Assembly: GCF_026571515.1 (NCBI RefSeq)
Contig: NW_026861275.1
Coordinates: 1 to 64,000 of the forward strand
Direction of reading: 5' to 3'
Source: Ruditapes philippinarum
Taxonomy: Eukaryota
Length of the DNA: 64,000 bases
Of this stretch, positions 1 to 14,028 are shown piece by piece. The translations under genes were made by a program, and so were the position numbers. How positions within the stretch are numbered: position 1 is the first letter of the stretch; the number at the start of each line of letters is the position of its first letter. The notes beneath the pieces were generated by a model, which had not been told where the DNA came from, ran no database searches, and saw only the letters and a program-made list of their open reading frames with translations.

Positions 1-322
1 TTTGAGATATGGAGATTTATCATTTGATCTATAACTGGACCAAAAACTTGCGTGCAAAAAAATTTCGGAACATTATCTCACTCAGTTATGTCAAAAGTCT
101 GTTATTTCTGTCAACTAGCAGTTAAAATCACTATATTAGTATAGATTTTATTAATAATTTAAATCAATATGTTCAAGAATGGCATACAGAACTGTTTTGC
201 CCTGATATTTATCATTTATTACAAAACATTTGCATTGATACAAGTATATGCAAAATTTATACAATGTTTATCTTTTTCTTTTTATTGACAAAATTTTGAA
301 AGGGGAGTAAAAGTCTTAATAA

Positions 323-695
323 GGCCATCCTTAAAAAAATGTTTGTTTGCAGTAACCCGACCCATAATTTTCAAGGTGGGTAGGTAGGTCGATTATTTTT
401 TTTTTTATTGAACTGTACTCCCAAATAAACATGGAATTTCAAAATGCTGGAAAATATATGCTTTGATAATCTGGTAAAAATTAATAAATTGATAAAACTG
501 AATTCTAATTTAATAAGACCTACATTTTATTTCTTCTATTAACCTTTAAAAGAACGAAAACAAAGCACAAGGCATAATTTTCTGATTAAAAAAAAATAAA
601 TTTTTTTATCCAGACCATTAAAAAAAGTTTTGAGTAGGGGCAAATTTTGTGAGTCGGTCGCGCTACTGCAAACAAACATTTTTTTAAGGATGGCC
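323..695. mobile_element. PIF/Harbinger (Tourist-like) MITE
   Basis: TIRs GGCCATCCTTAAAAAAATGTTTGTTTGCAGTA / TACTGCAAACAAACATTTTTTTAAGGATGGCC, flanked by TAA (320-322, 696-698), a 3-bp TWA TSD; no ORF. Confidence 0.8.
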
Positions 696-3156
696 TAAGG
701 AAAGAAAAAGACTACTTTTAAGTGTGGAAAGTGTGAATGTGTAGATATTTGGCTAATAAAAAGGTAAAGGTCTTGTTTATTATAGTATCACCCCTACTGA
801 AAGGGCTAGCCATTTCTGACTTATGAGACACCTTTTGCTTGCCCAACTCCTACTACTATGCCAGGCTGATAGAAATCAGTAACCATTCATTTTAACTACC
901 TCGCAGCTAACGCTGCTGTCATTTCGAAACGAGTCCCACAAGAAACATTTATCCTTCAGTTAACACTCCCTGTGGGACTCGAACCTTCAACCTCCCAATC
1001 CGAAGGCGGTTTCAAATAACTGGTTTTAAAATATTCTACATTGTATATAAACTTAATAAGCCTCGAGTCCATGAAGCACAAGAATGCAGCCTTGTATTTA
1101 TGCAACCAGTAAAGAGCCAGGCTATACCACATAGACATGAGACAAGTGACCGAACCTTATATTATTGTTGGATGCTATACAGTCATTTTCTTCATAATTA
1201 TACCCTGTGTTTAATTTCGTTATATATATATGTATGTTTTTACATAAATTAATTGATGACATTTTAACAAAGTTTTTCCAGATATACCAACTCCTTATGA
1301 ATATTTAATTCATATTTAAATAAATCTAAATATTATTCTTATTTTTTGGATGTTTGCTACAATTTTCATTTTATTTTAATTTGATTTACTAGACAGATTA
1401 AAAACAATTTTATAGAGTTTATTGAAACTTAAGAAGAGCTCAATTTCAATATCAGCTACCTTCATTTATTTTTTTATTTATTTTTTTTACAATATTTCTG
1501 TTATCATATTCTAAGATCATATTTCAGTCTGCCTATAGTATATACCATCACCTTAGTGCAATAACTTGATTATTTAGTCCCTCTAAATCTAATAGGAGTT
1601 AGGTGAATTAAGGTGACAAATTATGTCTATATGAAAAATCTAGTAAAAAAATCTTCAAGCCTAAATTTTAGCTGTTAATTTACATCTTAAAACTTCATTT
1701 TTTTTTAGATGTTTTTATTTTTAAACAGCCATTTTTTAAATTTTACTCAAGTTTGACTTTTGACATGCATTAGTAAGTATTAGTATTTAGTTTACAATAG
1801 TCACAGTATTAAATACATCTCTAAATCTCACTAATATAAATGTTACATGTATGTTTTATTTAGCTAGTTTTATTGGTTGTTTTTAGTATTTAAAATTAAA
1901 ACTGGCAGGCATATTTATCTTGAATTCTGTACCAGAATTAACCCGGTACCGGGTTATTCACACAAATCATTTGGGCAGTTATGGAGGACAAAATGGTTTT
2001 TGATATATACAATTGTAAAAAACTATAAAGGCAATGCGAGAGCTGCACAATGAATATTTAAATGCAGTATAATAATTTCTCTGTAACACAATTATGACTC
2101 AAAACTAGATAATAATGTACACAATAAATCAATGGTTTCAGACAAGACAGATATTAACATGCATCCTATATAGAAATGAATATACAATATACCAGTAGTA
2201 TATAAATACAGGAAGTATAAATACTAAAAGGAAATGAATAATATTAATAAAGACAGTTTCCTTTTAATAACTTCCTAGTAGTAGCTTATAAAGTTTATTA
2301 GCTTTCCTTCTGTGTATTAAAATCTAAATTTATGCAATTTTTTTACATTTCATGCAGATTCAAGCAATTTTTTTAGTCTTCTTTTCTGTTTAAGTAAGGC
2401 CTGACAATAAAAGTTTTTTGGTTTTTTATACTTAATAAATAATTTATTTTCCTAATAATTTTTTAAAATAACTTTCTGTTAATAACAGTTATTATTCTTA
2501 TCTATTATTCTTACAGTAAATTTTTACAAAAAAAACCCACAAAAAAACAACAAACAAACAAACAACAAAGCAAACTGAATTGATATGTGGATACACAAGT
2601 CATAAATTTGTAACCCTGGTTCCCAAAATCCCAAACAATAGCAAGGACTCACTCACTATGACTTACAGATAACCAAACTCTGGTACATTGACAATTCTCT
2701 GCCCTGCATTGCTACCACTAACTCAATATATCTTCTTAATTCTGACACCAAAATAAAACCATTGCACCAAACCATCGCACTGACAAGGCAGTGTTGGAAC
2801 TATTTGCAGACACTTCACCCTCAGACACATCACCATCTCTTTTAATGAAATTTTATTGAGATACTTCACCTAAGTTGTGTTTTGACTTGAGCAGCAAAGT
2901 ATTTTCAAAATTTGAAAGGTGAAGTGTATGGGAGTGAAATGACTTGCAATGGGACAGATGTTTGGACAGACAACGGGTAAAAACTTGGCTCACAGAGAAG
3001 ACTGTAGTGCAGTACAAACAGGCTCCTTCATTGATTCTTTGAAAAATGACAAACGCTCCAAGTTGAGACATGACCAAAAGTCCCTAGATGGTCAAACAAA
3101 AGAGCCTTGTTCAAAAAAGGTAAAATGATCAAAAGTCTTTTGGTTGTTCTTTCTAA

Positions 3157-3533
3157 AGCAGCATGCAAGCCTCGGTGATCATCATTCATGCTAAATTTCA
3201 TGAAAATTTATTTAGAAGTAAAATATTGTGAACAAGGAAAGTAGTAACATTGCAAACGGCACTTACAATCCACATAAATTACCAAAAAGAGGTCAAAATA
3301 TCCAATAATAGGCCTTACTGACTGTATCTTTCACACAGTAGACATATGGTAATAAAAACTGCAAAATCAGTCATGGTAATAAGTACATGTATTGCAAAAT
3401 CAGTCATTAATCACATATAACATGTAAATTATTACTTGGATCTTCAATCTTTTTACTTTACTTAAAATCTTTGTACAGTTTTCTCAAGTTTGATTTTCTT
3501 GAAATGTTTTGGCTCATTTTAAGGCATGCAGCT
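3157..3533. mobile_element. Kolobok-like non-autonomous DNA element (AGC..GCT family), degenerate copy
   Basis: Homologous along its length to 54598-54943, which has intact TTAA flanks and AGCAGCA../..TGCAGCT ends. Confidence 0.6.
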
Positions 3534-5859
3534 ATTGTAAACCTGTAAGACACTCAGGTGGTGACAGGGTTTTGAACTCTGGACCCCTCGATCACAAGGT
3601 GGACACTTAACCACGCTGTTAAAAGGTTAACCAAACAGCAAGGCTGTTGGAAATGAACTATACGGTCATTTGTAATCACTACACAGCTTTTCACTTTGAG
3701 CTGTCGGTAAGACATCACACTTGCCAATTGTCAATGCTTGACAGTAAAACTATAGCATAAATAATGTAAAAAAGTTTTAAAAGGGCCATAATTCTGTAAA
3801 AACCCATGCAAGACTTAAGACATTGACCCCCTAATCATTGCTAATTTTTGGCTCTAAAATAAGTGTGTGTAGTTTCAACCAATTCCCTTCAGTGGTTTTT
3901 GAGATACCAAAAAATTTACCAAATTGTGACGCCAACGCCAGGTGAGTTCAATAGCTCTTTCTTTTCTTCAAATAGTCAAGTATAAAATCAAAGACATTTT
4001 GGTTGAGTGGCCTTTGACCGGATCATATCTTTAATAACTGCAGGGTTGGGGCTTGTCCAAGTAATTGTGTAAAAGCGAGATTCTGACCCAGCACGAAAAT
4101 ATCTCAGAATCTAGCTTTATCACTTAATATCGATATATTTTGACTAGGGGTGAGGCCTGATTTCAACTGACTGCACAAGTAAATCTATCTGAGGTTGGTC
4201 ACTCCTCCGACATACATATTAACTTGTCAGCATATAATTTAGGCTAGTACAAACTTTGATTATAGAAAGATGTGTTCAATTTAGATCTAAAACATGTTAA
4301 AGCCAATAAAGGACACACTTATTAAAAAATCAATTAATATAAAGATTAAGAAGTTCTCTAAAATATTTATTTGAAAGCCACATATATATCAATTTATTTT
4401 TACCTAAGTCTTCCATCACTTTTTTTGCGTAGTCAGTACTTTTGCTCATTAACCAAACGTCATTGAGAATAGGTGTGTCCAACCTCCGAACTTTGTCAAC
4501 TTTTTGTCACTAGATCTATTTCTCTAGGTCACACAAAATATATCAAATTTAAACATGTACAAATTTAACAGTCATGGATAATAAATGGAGATGAAACAGA
4601 TTTCTTTAAAATGTAACATTAACAAAATTGAAGAGAAATGTTACAAGTGTCAACAACAAACTTTTTCAATATTTCTATCGCAAATTCGCAACGTCTCGGA
4701 CAATGAGCGGAAAGAATAATAAAGTCGCGCAAATTTATTGTTTTTCAATATAAACGACAAGATAATTTTTTTTTTTGTATGTATACATCGAACTAGGACT
4801 AAAACATATATAAAATATCATTGTCAATTAAATATATTATTTTGCGAAATAATATTATTTATGCAAATGCAATTACTGATTAAAATTTTTCTAGATAACA
4901 GACTGTAGTCAATAGTCCTTAGTGTTCAACATCATTTGCCGGCCAATGAAATTGTTTCATTAAAAATGCTTTTCCTAATCGTAGATAGGCAAATTTGTTC
5001 CCTTATTTATAAAGTTGAACGCTTAACAAAATTCGAAGTGAGAACTAGGTCAACGTGTCTTCAAACAATGTGGTTATACATGGAGGAAACATTGACAAAC
5101 CCAATTAAATATTTTGGTCATTTTGAACGAACATGTATCATTTAAACACAGGCGCATGAAGGGTAAAGCTTAACTTCTCTGATAGATGAAATGTGCTCCT
5201 TAAACTCCACTCATTGTATTGTAAACACTTTTCTATAGGCTGGGGGTGTTCCAGGTCGGTCAAATGATGTTCAACACAAAGCAAGTTAGTTTTTTTTAAG
5301 GTCCATTATGCCTGAGCAATCATTTCTCTTTTTTTGTTGGTATCTTGTAATAGTTCCAGAGTAATACTAATACAATAACTGTCTTTTGCTCCTTTAGCTC
5401 TGTTAGCAATGTATATAATAATAGTGAATTAGTATTGTGTATGGAAGTCAAAATAGTTCTTTAAAATTATTTACATTTTGCTTCCTTTACAACACATTCA
5501 GGCACATTCAACGCTACTTTCGACATCGAATATGCTCTCAATCTATTATCTAAACATTATTAAGCATATGTTTGACATTTCTAAAGATTTTTTTTTTTAA
5601 ATATGGATTTCTGAGGCATAATGTGCCTTTAATGAACATTTTAACAATCAGGAACCGACGGTCGCTCCCTACTTGTTGCATCCTTTTAGGGTCTAAAATT
5701 TCATTTAATAAACACTAACATATACTTAATGTCAGTCAATCTGTACATTATGATAAGATTTTGATGACTAAGTACACAGAAGGTGGTTGCAGTTTTTATC
5801 CGACGGTGTCAGGAATATTGTCTATTCATAGCTCTGATGATGTTGACAAGGATTTAAAA

Positions 5860-6950
5860 ACAAAGAGAGAAAAGCATCCCAAAAGAAAGTTAAAAATAGA
5901 GAAAATAAGAAACCCTAAAGAAAGTCCAAACGGTAAAATTAAAAATGTTGCAGACTCGGTTTGATTGAGCCTGTTCATGGACGGTACTGTCAAGTGCAAA
6001 CTACCTTTCAAAACCGCAAAATTGAAAATGTTGCATGCTCAACTTGATTGAAACTGTTCATAAACAATACTTGAAAATGCAAGCTACTGTCCATTGTTTA
6101 CACCCCTATCATCTGCTTAAGCAGAATCCAACATTTAAAAGATAAGATTTTCTATTCAGAAACATCAGCAGATATTTTCATTCGGCGATTATGATGGAAC
6201 TGTCCATGATACACGTAAGTGCATAAACGCTTCAAGAATTTTAAAATGATTACCTAACTGTAACCTACCGTAGGCCAAATTAACCAACACAGGCGAGCAC
6301 TTTGCATTTGATCATACTATAAGCCGTACGTAAAAGATGCCTTATCCCCGGTCATCACTAAGCTAAATCCCCATGAAAAGTATTGTATGTCTTCTAGGCG
6401 ACTTCTAGCGTAACCTTTGTTAATGCCGTTTTACTCTAGTTAAACATGCCATATATTCACTGAAGAATCCGTGGTGGGCCATTCCAACCGGAAAGGACAA
6501 TCCTTAAATAAAAGCGAGCATATGGCGTAAAAAAGTGCTCAAACCATACCTACCAAAGTCACAAGGAGCATATGAGACCTTCCCTTAACCACTCCGAGTA
6601 TATCAAGACTAACACGTCGAAGACTAAAACTGTATAACAAAATAAAGAGTAAAAGTAAAACTGAACAAAAGTTATTCTCCCATTTTAAATCCCATAAAAT
6701 AGATAAATGCAGAATCCCTAAAGAAAGCCCAACACGGCAAAATTGAAAATGTTGCAGGCTCGGTTTGATTGAGCCTGTTCATGGACGGTACTGGAAAGTG
6801 CAAGTTACCGTCTACGCCCCCTAGCACCGGCTTAAGCAGAATTCAACATTTAAACATGAAATAGTAAAATTTTGAATCTAGAAACATCCGCAGATGTGTT
6901 CATATGGCGGTTATCATGGAACCTTCAATGTGACACAGCAGTGCCATTCC
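5860..6950. repeat. Dispersed direct repeat pair (~5860-6220 and ~6690-6940), unclassified
   Basis: Shared text such as AAAATGTTGCAG.CTCGGTTTGATTGAGCCTGTTCATGGACGGTACTG and GCTTAAGCAGAAT.CAACATTTAAA; a weaker relative at ~29680-29730. Confidence 0.6.
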
Positions 6951-7019
6951 ATAAATCTATTCAAAAACAGATAAAACTTGTTATTGGTCATATCTGATAA
7001 ACACAACACACCAAAAAGC

Positions 7020-7670
7020 TAATTTGAATCATTGAGGATAGCAATGGCTGGTGCATCCTTCAGGAGGCTAGACAACATTTTGAAGGCTACTAATATCAGC
7101 AGAAAGATTAAAGTCTCTCTTTTCAAAAGCCTAGTCCTTTCCGTATTATTATAAGGATGTGAGACATGGAAACTGACGAAAACGGAGGAAAAGAAGATTG
7201 ACTCCATCCATACAAGTGTCTAAGGAGGATCCTAAAGATCAGATGGCAACAGCGCATACCAAACCTGACTGTACTGGAGATGGCAGAAACACATAACATC
7301 AGTGAAGAGATTGGGACAAGGAGATGGAACTGGATCTGCAATATATTAAGAAAAAAAACAGCAGATGACTGTGCTGTGGCACTAGAGTGGTCGCCTGAGG
7401 GAAGAAGAAAGAGGGGAAGCCCAAAGACAACGCAACGTCGAATGATGGAGGTAGAAATAAACAAAGCGGTATGGAACTCTTGGAGCACAGCGCGCAAGAC
7501 ACGTGACACGCTGGTGGTGACGGGGGCTTTTGAGCAAATCTGTTTCAGGGAAAGTGGTTAGGGATGTGAAAAGACTAGTTCAAATTTCTTACCTTAACCT
7601 TAATTCTCTCCGTGCCAAGAGACACATAAGGCATGGACAGTTGTCTTCCACATGTTGCGGTCTAAAGCCT
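7020..7670 (+). mobile_element. RTE-clade LINE 3' fragment; terminal piece (7589-7670) inverted
   Basis: Translation ...KIRWQQRIPN...RRWNWI...ALEWSPEGRRKRGSPKTT is the typical RTE C-terminus. Minus strand 7670-7589 reads ALDRNMWKTTVHALCVSWHGEN* followed by a short TAAGGT-type tail. Confidence 0.7.
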
Positions 7671-7679
7671 TAGATACAG

Positions 7680-9462
7680 GACCACTCTGCCACCTCTGCT
7701 ATTGACAACATTTGGACCGACTTCACATCTGCGATCTCACAGATCATAGAAACCACGGTCCCATCCAAGATGTCAACAACTAGGCACAACCAACCTTGGA
7801 TCACAGCAAAGATCAAGCGCCTTTCTAGAAGAAAGAAGAGAGCCTTTTAAGAAAGCCCAGTGCCAAGGGAGACAAACCAAGCCTATGTAACCCTAAGAAG
7901 CTCTACACTTTCATTAAAGGGAAGCGGTCTGACAGCACGGGAATCTCTCCACTAAAATGTGATGGTGTGACTCACAGCGATCCAAGTAAGAAGGCTTAAA
8001 TATTGAAAAAACAGTTCACTGGGGTGTTCACTACAGAAGATACAACAGACGTACCAGCCATGGACGGAGAAAGATACCCAGGCATGCCTCACTTCACAGT
8101 AGGAGCTGAGGGCGTCAAGAAACTTCTCCCCAGCCTCAACCCCCACAAGGCCTCTGGTCCTGACAATATACCGACACAATTTCTGAAGGACTATGCCGAA
8201 GACATTACCCCGGCTCTCACCCTCTTGTTCAACGCCTCTTTGCAACAAAGAACAGTACCTTCAGCCTGGAAGAAGTCAATGTATCACCTATCTCAAAAAA
8301 GGTGACCGTAGCAACCCCACCAACTACAGACCCATTTCCCTCACATCAGTATGCAGCAAACTCCTAGAACACACCCTACATAGCCAAATTATGAAACACC
8401 TTGACCACCACAACATCCTTTCAAATCAACAACATGGATTTAGAAAACAACGCTCAACTGAAAGTCAGCTTCTTCTCACTCTTCAAGACCTGTCATCAGC
8501 CTTGGATCAAGGGGAACAAGTAGACGCCATACTACTAGACTTCAGTAAGGCGTTCGACGTTGTGCCTCACCAACGACTCCTTTCCAAGGTGGATCACTAC
8601 GGCATCAGAGGGACAGTCAGAAGCTGGATTGAGAGCTTCCTGTCTGACCGCAGCCAACAAGTTGTCGTTGAAGGTCATTCATTTGCATCCTCCCCAGTTA
8701 CATCCGGGGTACCCCATGGGACAGTACTAGGTCCTTTACTGTTCCTTCTTTACATCAACGACCTACCAAGGTGCGTGACTTCCATCAGCCACCTATTTGC
8801 TGACGACAGCCTGATCTACAGGAAAATCAAATCAGAATCTGACGCATTAGCCCTCTAAGAAGACCTTGATAGACTCCAGGAATGGGAACGCAAGTGGATG
8901 ATGTCTTTCAATCCCAGCAAATGCAAAGTAATACACATCACCAAGAAAAGATTTATGCCTACAAGGTCCACCAATCAACTCTTCAATCTGTCAAAAGTAG
9001 AAAGTAACTTGGTGTCAACATCGCAAATAATCTTTCATGGAACATACACACAGAATATACCATCAAGAAGGCTAACAACTCTCTATAATTCCTTAGAAGA
9101 AACATCACAAGCTGCCCACAAGACATCAAGTACCCTTGTTAGACCAATCCTGGAGTATGCATGTACAGTCTGGGACCCACACACAGCCACCAACATCAAC
9201 CAGCTGGAAGCTGTCCAAAGGCGAGCTGCCCGATTTGTAAAAGGCGATGACAAAACTACCAGCAGCACCACTGCAATGATGACAGACCTAGGCTGGCCAA
9301 CTCTACAGCATCGCCGCTCCAATGTCAAGTTTACAGGATCACGCACAGTTAACCTCATAGCCATCCCAGCTGCACAGTACTTCCACCCCCTGACACTTGG
9401 TGGTCATGGCTACGGACAAAGATTCCATGTCCCATTCTGCAGAACAGACACCATGACCAGTT
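7680..9462 (+). mobile_element. CR1-type LINE, 5' part (degenerate RT)
   Basis: KASGPDNIP, NYRPISLTS, QHGFR, DFSKAFD, SGVPHGTVLGPLLF, LFADD, YACTVWDPH, LEAVQRRAARFV; several frameshifts and stops. Confidence 0.9.
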
Positions 9463-12400
9463 AATAACCTTCCGGTCAAGATGGCGGGAGAAAAAAGAAT
9501 TTTGTTGACCACATTTTTTACGATTTTAATTTGTACTACAATCAACTTTTATCAGAAAAACATTTTAAATTGTCAACGAACGATACACAATTCTTCAGGG
9601 ATCCTTGTAAATGTAACATACCCGCAGATTGGACTTGTAAATCTGTTTGAAAGACTTTCGTACCTTTCGTACTCAACTGTCAAACTCGGGGGAAGTCATT
9701 TCGACCCAGACTCGAAACAAATTTTTAAACTTGATAAACATTAAGTAACAGTAAACTTTAGATCAGTGTTCATTTTCTACTTGCTTCAGTGTGGCGATGT
9801 TCATCCTCACCCGGGTCCAGCTTCAGATAAACGTATTACTTCACGGAAAGGGAGACAACCCAGATATCCATGTACTAAATGTGAAAGAGGAGTTACCTCT
9901 CGTAGTAAAGCAGTAAGCTGTGATATTTGTCAACAGTGGACTCATATAAAATGTACCACCAGTATAACAGAAAAAGATTATGAATCCCTATGTAGAGGTG
10001 ATGTTATATTTAACTTTACGTGTAATGGATGCACATTTACTGAACTTCCATTTTCACAAGATGCTCCTAATTTTAATGCCTCTGAATTGTTGTTTACGAC
10101 AAATTCAAATGAAACACAAAATCCTTCTGAAATAAGTCAAGATCATTTCCAGTGTTTCTTTCAAAAAGGACTGCATTTTATTCATGTTAACGCGAGATCC
10201 TTACTTCCTAAAATATCGGAACTCCGGCTAATTGCACTAAAATCCAAAGCAGCTGTTATCTCAGTGTCAGAAACCTGACTCGACTCTTCAGTACCTGATG
10301 GGGAAGTTAATGTCCCAAATTATTTAGTTATAAGGCGTGACCGCAACAGGAATGGAGGTGGAGTGTGCATGTTTGTACGTGACGACCTGGCGTTCAATAT
10401 AAGAACAGACTTATCATGGGATGGCGAAGAAATCTTATTCCTGGAACTACTCTTGCCAAGAAACAAGCCTATCATTGTTGGGACTGTCTACAGACCTCCA
10501 AAACATTCTAGTTTTTTAGACAGTTTTGAAAACATTTTAACTCATTTAAGAACAGATTGTGAAACTATAATTTTAGGTGATTTTAATATTTGTGTATTAC
10601 ATAAGTCTGGTTCTTTTTACAAGTCTTATTACAATATTTTACGGCTTTTTAATTTAGAACAGATTATTTCAGAACCTACTAGAATTTGTAGTTCATCTAT
10701 TAGTCTACTTGATCATATTCTATGTAATAACAAAGAAAAAATATCTCAGTCAGGAGTTATTCCTATGGGTCTGAGTGATCATATGCTTACTTTTTGCACA
10801 TGAAAAATTGTGAAAGTTCCAGCAAAGGAACATAATTATGTTAAAATCAGGTCTTTAAAAAAATATGATAAAACAGATTTTATTTCCAGATTAACAAATG
10901 CTGACTGGAGTACTTGTTTTTACTCTACTGATGTTAATACTGCATGGATTTCTTTTAAAAATGTGTTTACTAGTGTTTTAGACTATGTGGCCCCAGTAAA
11001 GGAAGTAAGACTACGTAACCAGTCAGAGCCTTGGATTAACTCCGAAATACTAGATAGTATCAAACAAAGAGACTCGTATTTATATAGATACAAAAGGTAT
11101 GGTGAAAGAGAGGATTATAAGATTTTTTGTAAGTTAAGGAATCAAATTCAAAGAGATATAAAGACTGCTAAGTCAGAATATTTTACTAACAAAATAGAGG
11201 AAAACAAATTTAATCCTATCAAACTCTGGCAAAACTTAAAGACTTTGGGATATAAAAATGACAAGAAGAAATCTTCAAATATTGTATTATCAATTAATGG
11301 GGAAAACTGCCATGACGCTGATACTGTTTAAAATTATTTTAACGATTTTTTTACAAGTGTTGCTTCTAAACTTGTTGAGAAATTACCTTCAAGTAAAAAA
11401 TTGTATGATTTAGGGTCTGAAAAGCTTTTCAATTTTTATAGTAAAAGAAATCCTGATAGTAATATTTTAAATCTACAACATGTATCTGAAAATTTTGTTT
11501 TTAAGGAACTATGCAACTTAAATGTTAGTAAAAGCACAGGATTAGATGGTATTCCTGCCCGATTTTTGAAGGATGGTTCTAGTGTTTTGAAAATACCAAT
11601 TACTTACATTGTTAATCTATCTTTTTCTGAAGGTAAAGTACCTGATGAAATGAAGTTGGCTAGAGTAAAACCACTTTACAAGAAGAATAGTGTTCTAGAA
11701 GTTGGTAATTATAGGCCTGTCAGTATTTTAAGTGTAGTTTCAAAAATTTTAGAGAAAGCGGCTTATGTTCAACTTGAAACATTTTTGGTTTCCAATAATT
11801 TACTGTATGAACACCAGTCTGGTTTTAGAAGGTGTTATTCTACAGATAGCTGTCTTATTCACTTACAAGATGTTATAAGAATTAATACTAGTAAAGGGTT
11901 ATACACAGGTATGGTGATGCTTGACTTGCAAAAGGCGTTTGACACCGTAGACCATGATATTCTTAGTGGAAAGTTAGAATTAATGGGTGTTCAGTCTATT
12001 TCCTGGTTCAGATCATATCTTTCAGAACGTTCACAAATTGTTAATATCGGAAATACTTACTCTAAATCAAACAGTGTGACCTGTGGCCTCCCCCAAGGTA
12101 GTATTCTAGGGCCGTTGCTTTTTCTGTGCTACGTAAATGATATGATTTTAAGTATTGATAATGATTGCAAGTTAATACTGTATGCAGATGACAGCACTAT
12201 TTTATTCTCACATAAAGACCCGAATTTCATCTCAGAAAAACTTGGGACAGCCCTAGAAAGCTGTTCAGAATGGCTTGTAGACAATAAGCTGTCACTCCAC
12301 CTTGGTAAGACAGAATGTATGCTGTTTGGCCCCAAAAGAAAATTACAAAAGCAAGAACAATTTACTGTTACATGTAATGGTCATAGCATAAAGGGTACTA

Positions 12401-13524
12401 ATTTAGTCAAGTATCTTGGTCTATATATCAATAGTGATTTATCTGGGGAAACTTTTGTTAATAACATTATTTCTAAAGTGAATGCCAAGCTCAAATTTTT
12501 ATACAGGCAGAGCAGACTTTTAGATACTAAAACAAAACAGCTTTTATGTTCAGTCCTGATTCAGTGTCATTTTGACTACTCTTGTTCCTCTTGGTATGAA
12601 GGTTTATCAAAACATTTGAAAAGAAAGTTACAAATTACTCAGAATAAGGTATTAAGATTTGTCCAAAACTTAACGCCCAGAACTTCTGTAACAGTGTATG
12701 AGTTTGAAAAATTAAATTGGTTAAATGTAGAAAACAGAGTCAAACAGTTAAGACTCAATCATATGTATAAGATTTTTTTACAAAAAGAGTCCATCATACC
12801 TTAGAGCCGACTTTAGATGTTGTGCTGATGCAAGATTTTAGAACACTAGATCAAGCAATTTTAATTTTATTGTCCCCCAGTGTAATTCTGTGATGAAACA
12901 GACCTTTTATTATAATGGAATTAAAGACTGGAATGATCTGCCAGAGTATATAAAATCCATTAATAATTTTGTGCAATACAAAAAATCTGTTAAAAAGTAC
13001 CTACTAGAAAGTTATAAAAGTCTTTCAGAAGATATATATGTGTACAACTAATGTGTTAGGCACTGTGATCAAATATTTCTGTGATAGTCATCTGTGATAG
13101 TAATACTAGGCTTATTTTAAAAAGGGCATACTTTTATAAATATATTTCCTTTTTCAACCAAAATTTTGACCAAAGTTTAGTTTAGTTTTTTATCTTGTTG
13201 TTTTTTTTTGGGTTTTTTTTTGGTTTTTTTTTGTTTTTTTGTTTTTGTTTTTTTTTCTTAGGGGGGAAAGGGTTAAAATTATGTTTTTTTTTGTTTTTTT
13301 TTTATTTCTATGGACCCCATTGGAAATAAGCATTTAGCTTAATGGTCTATCCATAGGTGCATAGTACCTCTTATTTTATTTTTTTATGACAAAAGTGTGC
13401 TCTTTTATGCTGTTTTATGATCTCATTTTATTTATATGATTTATATATGTTATCTCTTAACTGTATGATTTTATATTTTGTATCATGTGCTATGTTCCTA
13501 AAATGTATAAATAAAATAGATAAA
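9463..13524 (+). mobile_element. Near full-length L2-type LINE (single ORF: hydrophobic leader, 2A-like motif, PHD, APE endonuclease, RT), nested in the CR1 element
   Basis: ORFs 9481, 9766, 10363, 10810 and 11401 share one frame, separated by 4 stops, with a frameshift near 12785. Motifs: GDVHPHPGP; C4HC3 PHD; HVNARSL/SET(W)/YRPP/GDFN/SDH (APE); YRPVS/QSGFR/DLQKAFDTVDH/PQGSILGP/YADD (RT). T-rich 3' UTR and AATAAA-rich end. Confidence 0.9.
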
Positions 13525-13760
13525 AGTTCTCCTTTGTACCTTCGGCCATCCGCCTGTAGAACCAGCTTCCAGAGCACCTAGCCACAGCAGTCAACCTTGA
13601 GGCCTTCAAGGGAGGACTTGTCATGGGGCCATCTTGATTTTATTTTTAACATGTTCTTCTTTTAAATCTGCACTTATTCGCCGCACAACACTTTGTACAT
13701 ACACCCTGTACGTCAATGCCCCGGAGTGGGTTATGTACAGTATTGGAAGAAGAAGAAGAA
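13525..13760 (+). mobile_element. CR1-type LINE, 3' part and (GAA)n tail
   Basis: Resumes the interrupted ORF (…RTDTM | KFSFVPSAIRL*NQLPEHL…LEAFK) and ends in GGAAGAAGAAGAAGAA. Confidence 0.85.
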
Positions 13761-14028
13761 AACAGGACTATTAATCCCGAATTCAATTTTGCCACATTAG
13801 ATGCTGATACAATAAACCATTTCAAAATGTGCGTCATTTCAATAAATAAATTAATCTGATAAGGAGAGTATGAATATCAATTACTAACACAAATAATAAT
13901 AGCACAAATACAATTGAAGAACAACAAAACAGTACCCGCAGTAGAATGAAAGATGAGATAATAAAATTATGCATAGCATTTTTTTCTTTCCGATACTAAA
14001 TAAACGTTGGGTTTTAGTAAAATTCAAC

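Noticed and set aside
960-1010. tRNA-like B-box (GGGACTCGAACC); similar at ~3555-3620 and ~40325
   Set aside because: No cloverleaf; better explained as decayed SINE heads.
2660-3130. GC-richer, exon-like stretch upstream of LEO1
   Set aside because: Stops in the plausible frames and no recognisable protein; unresolved.
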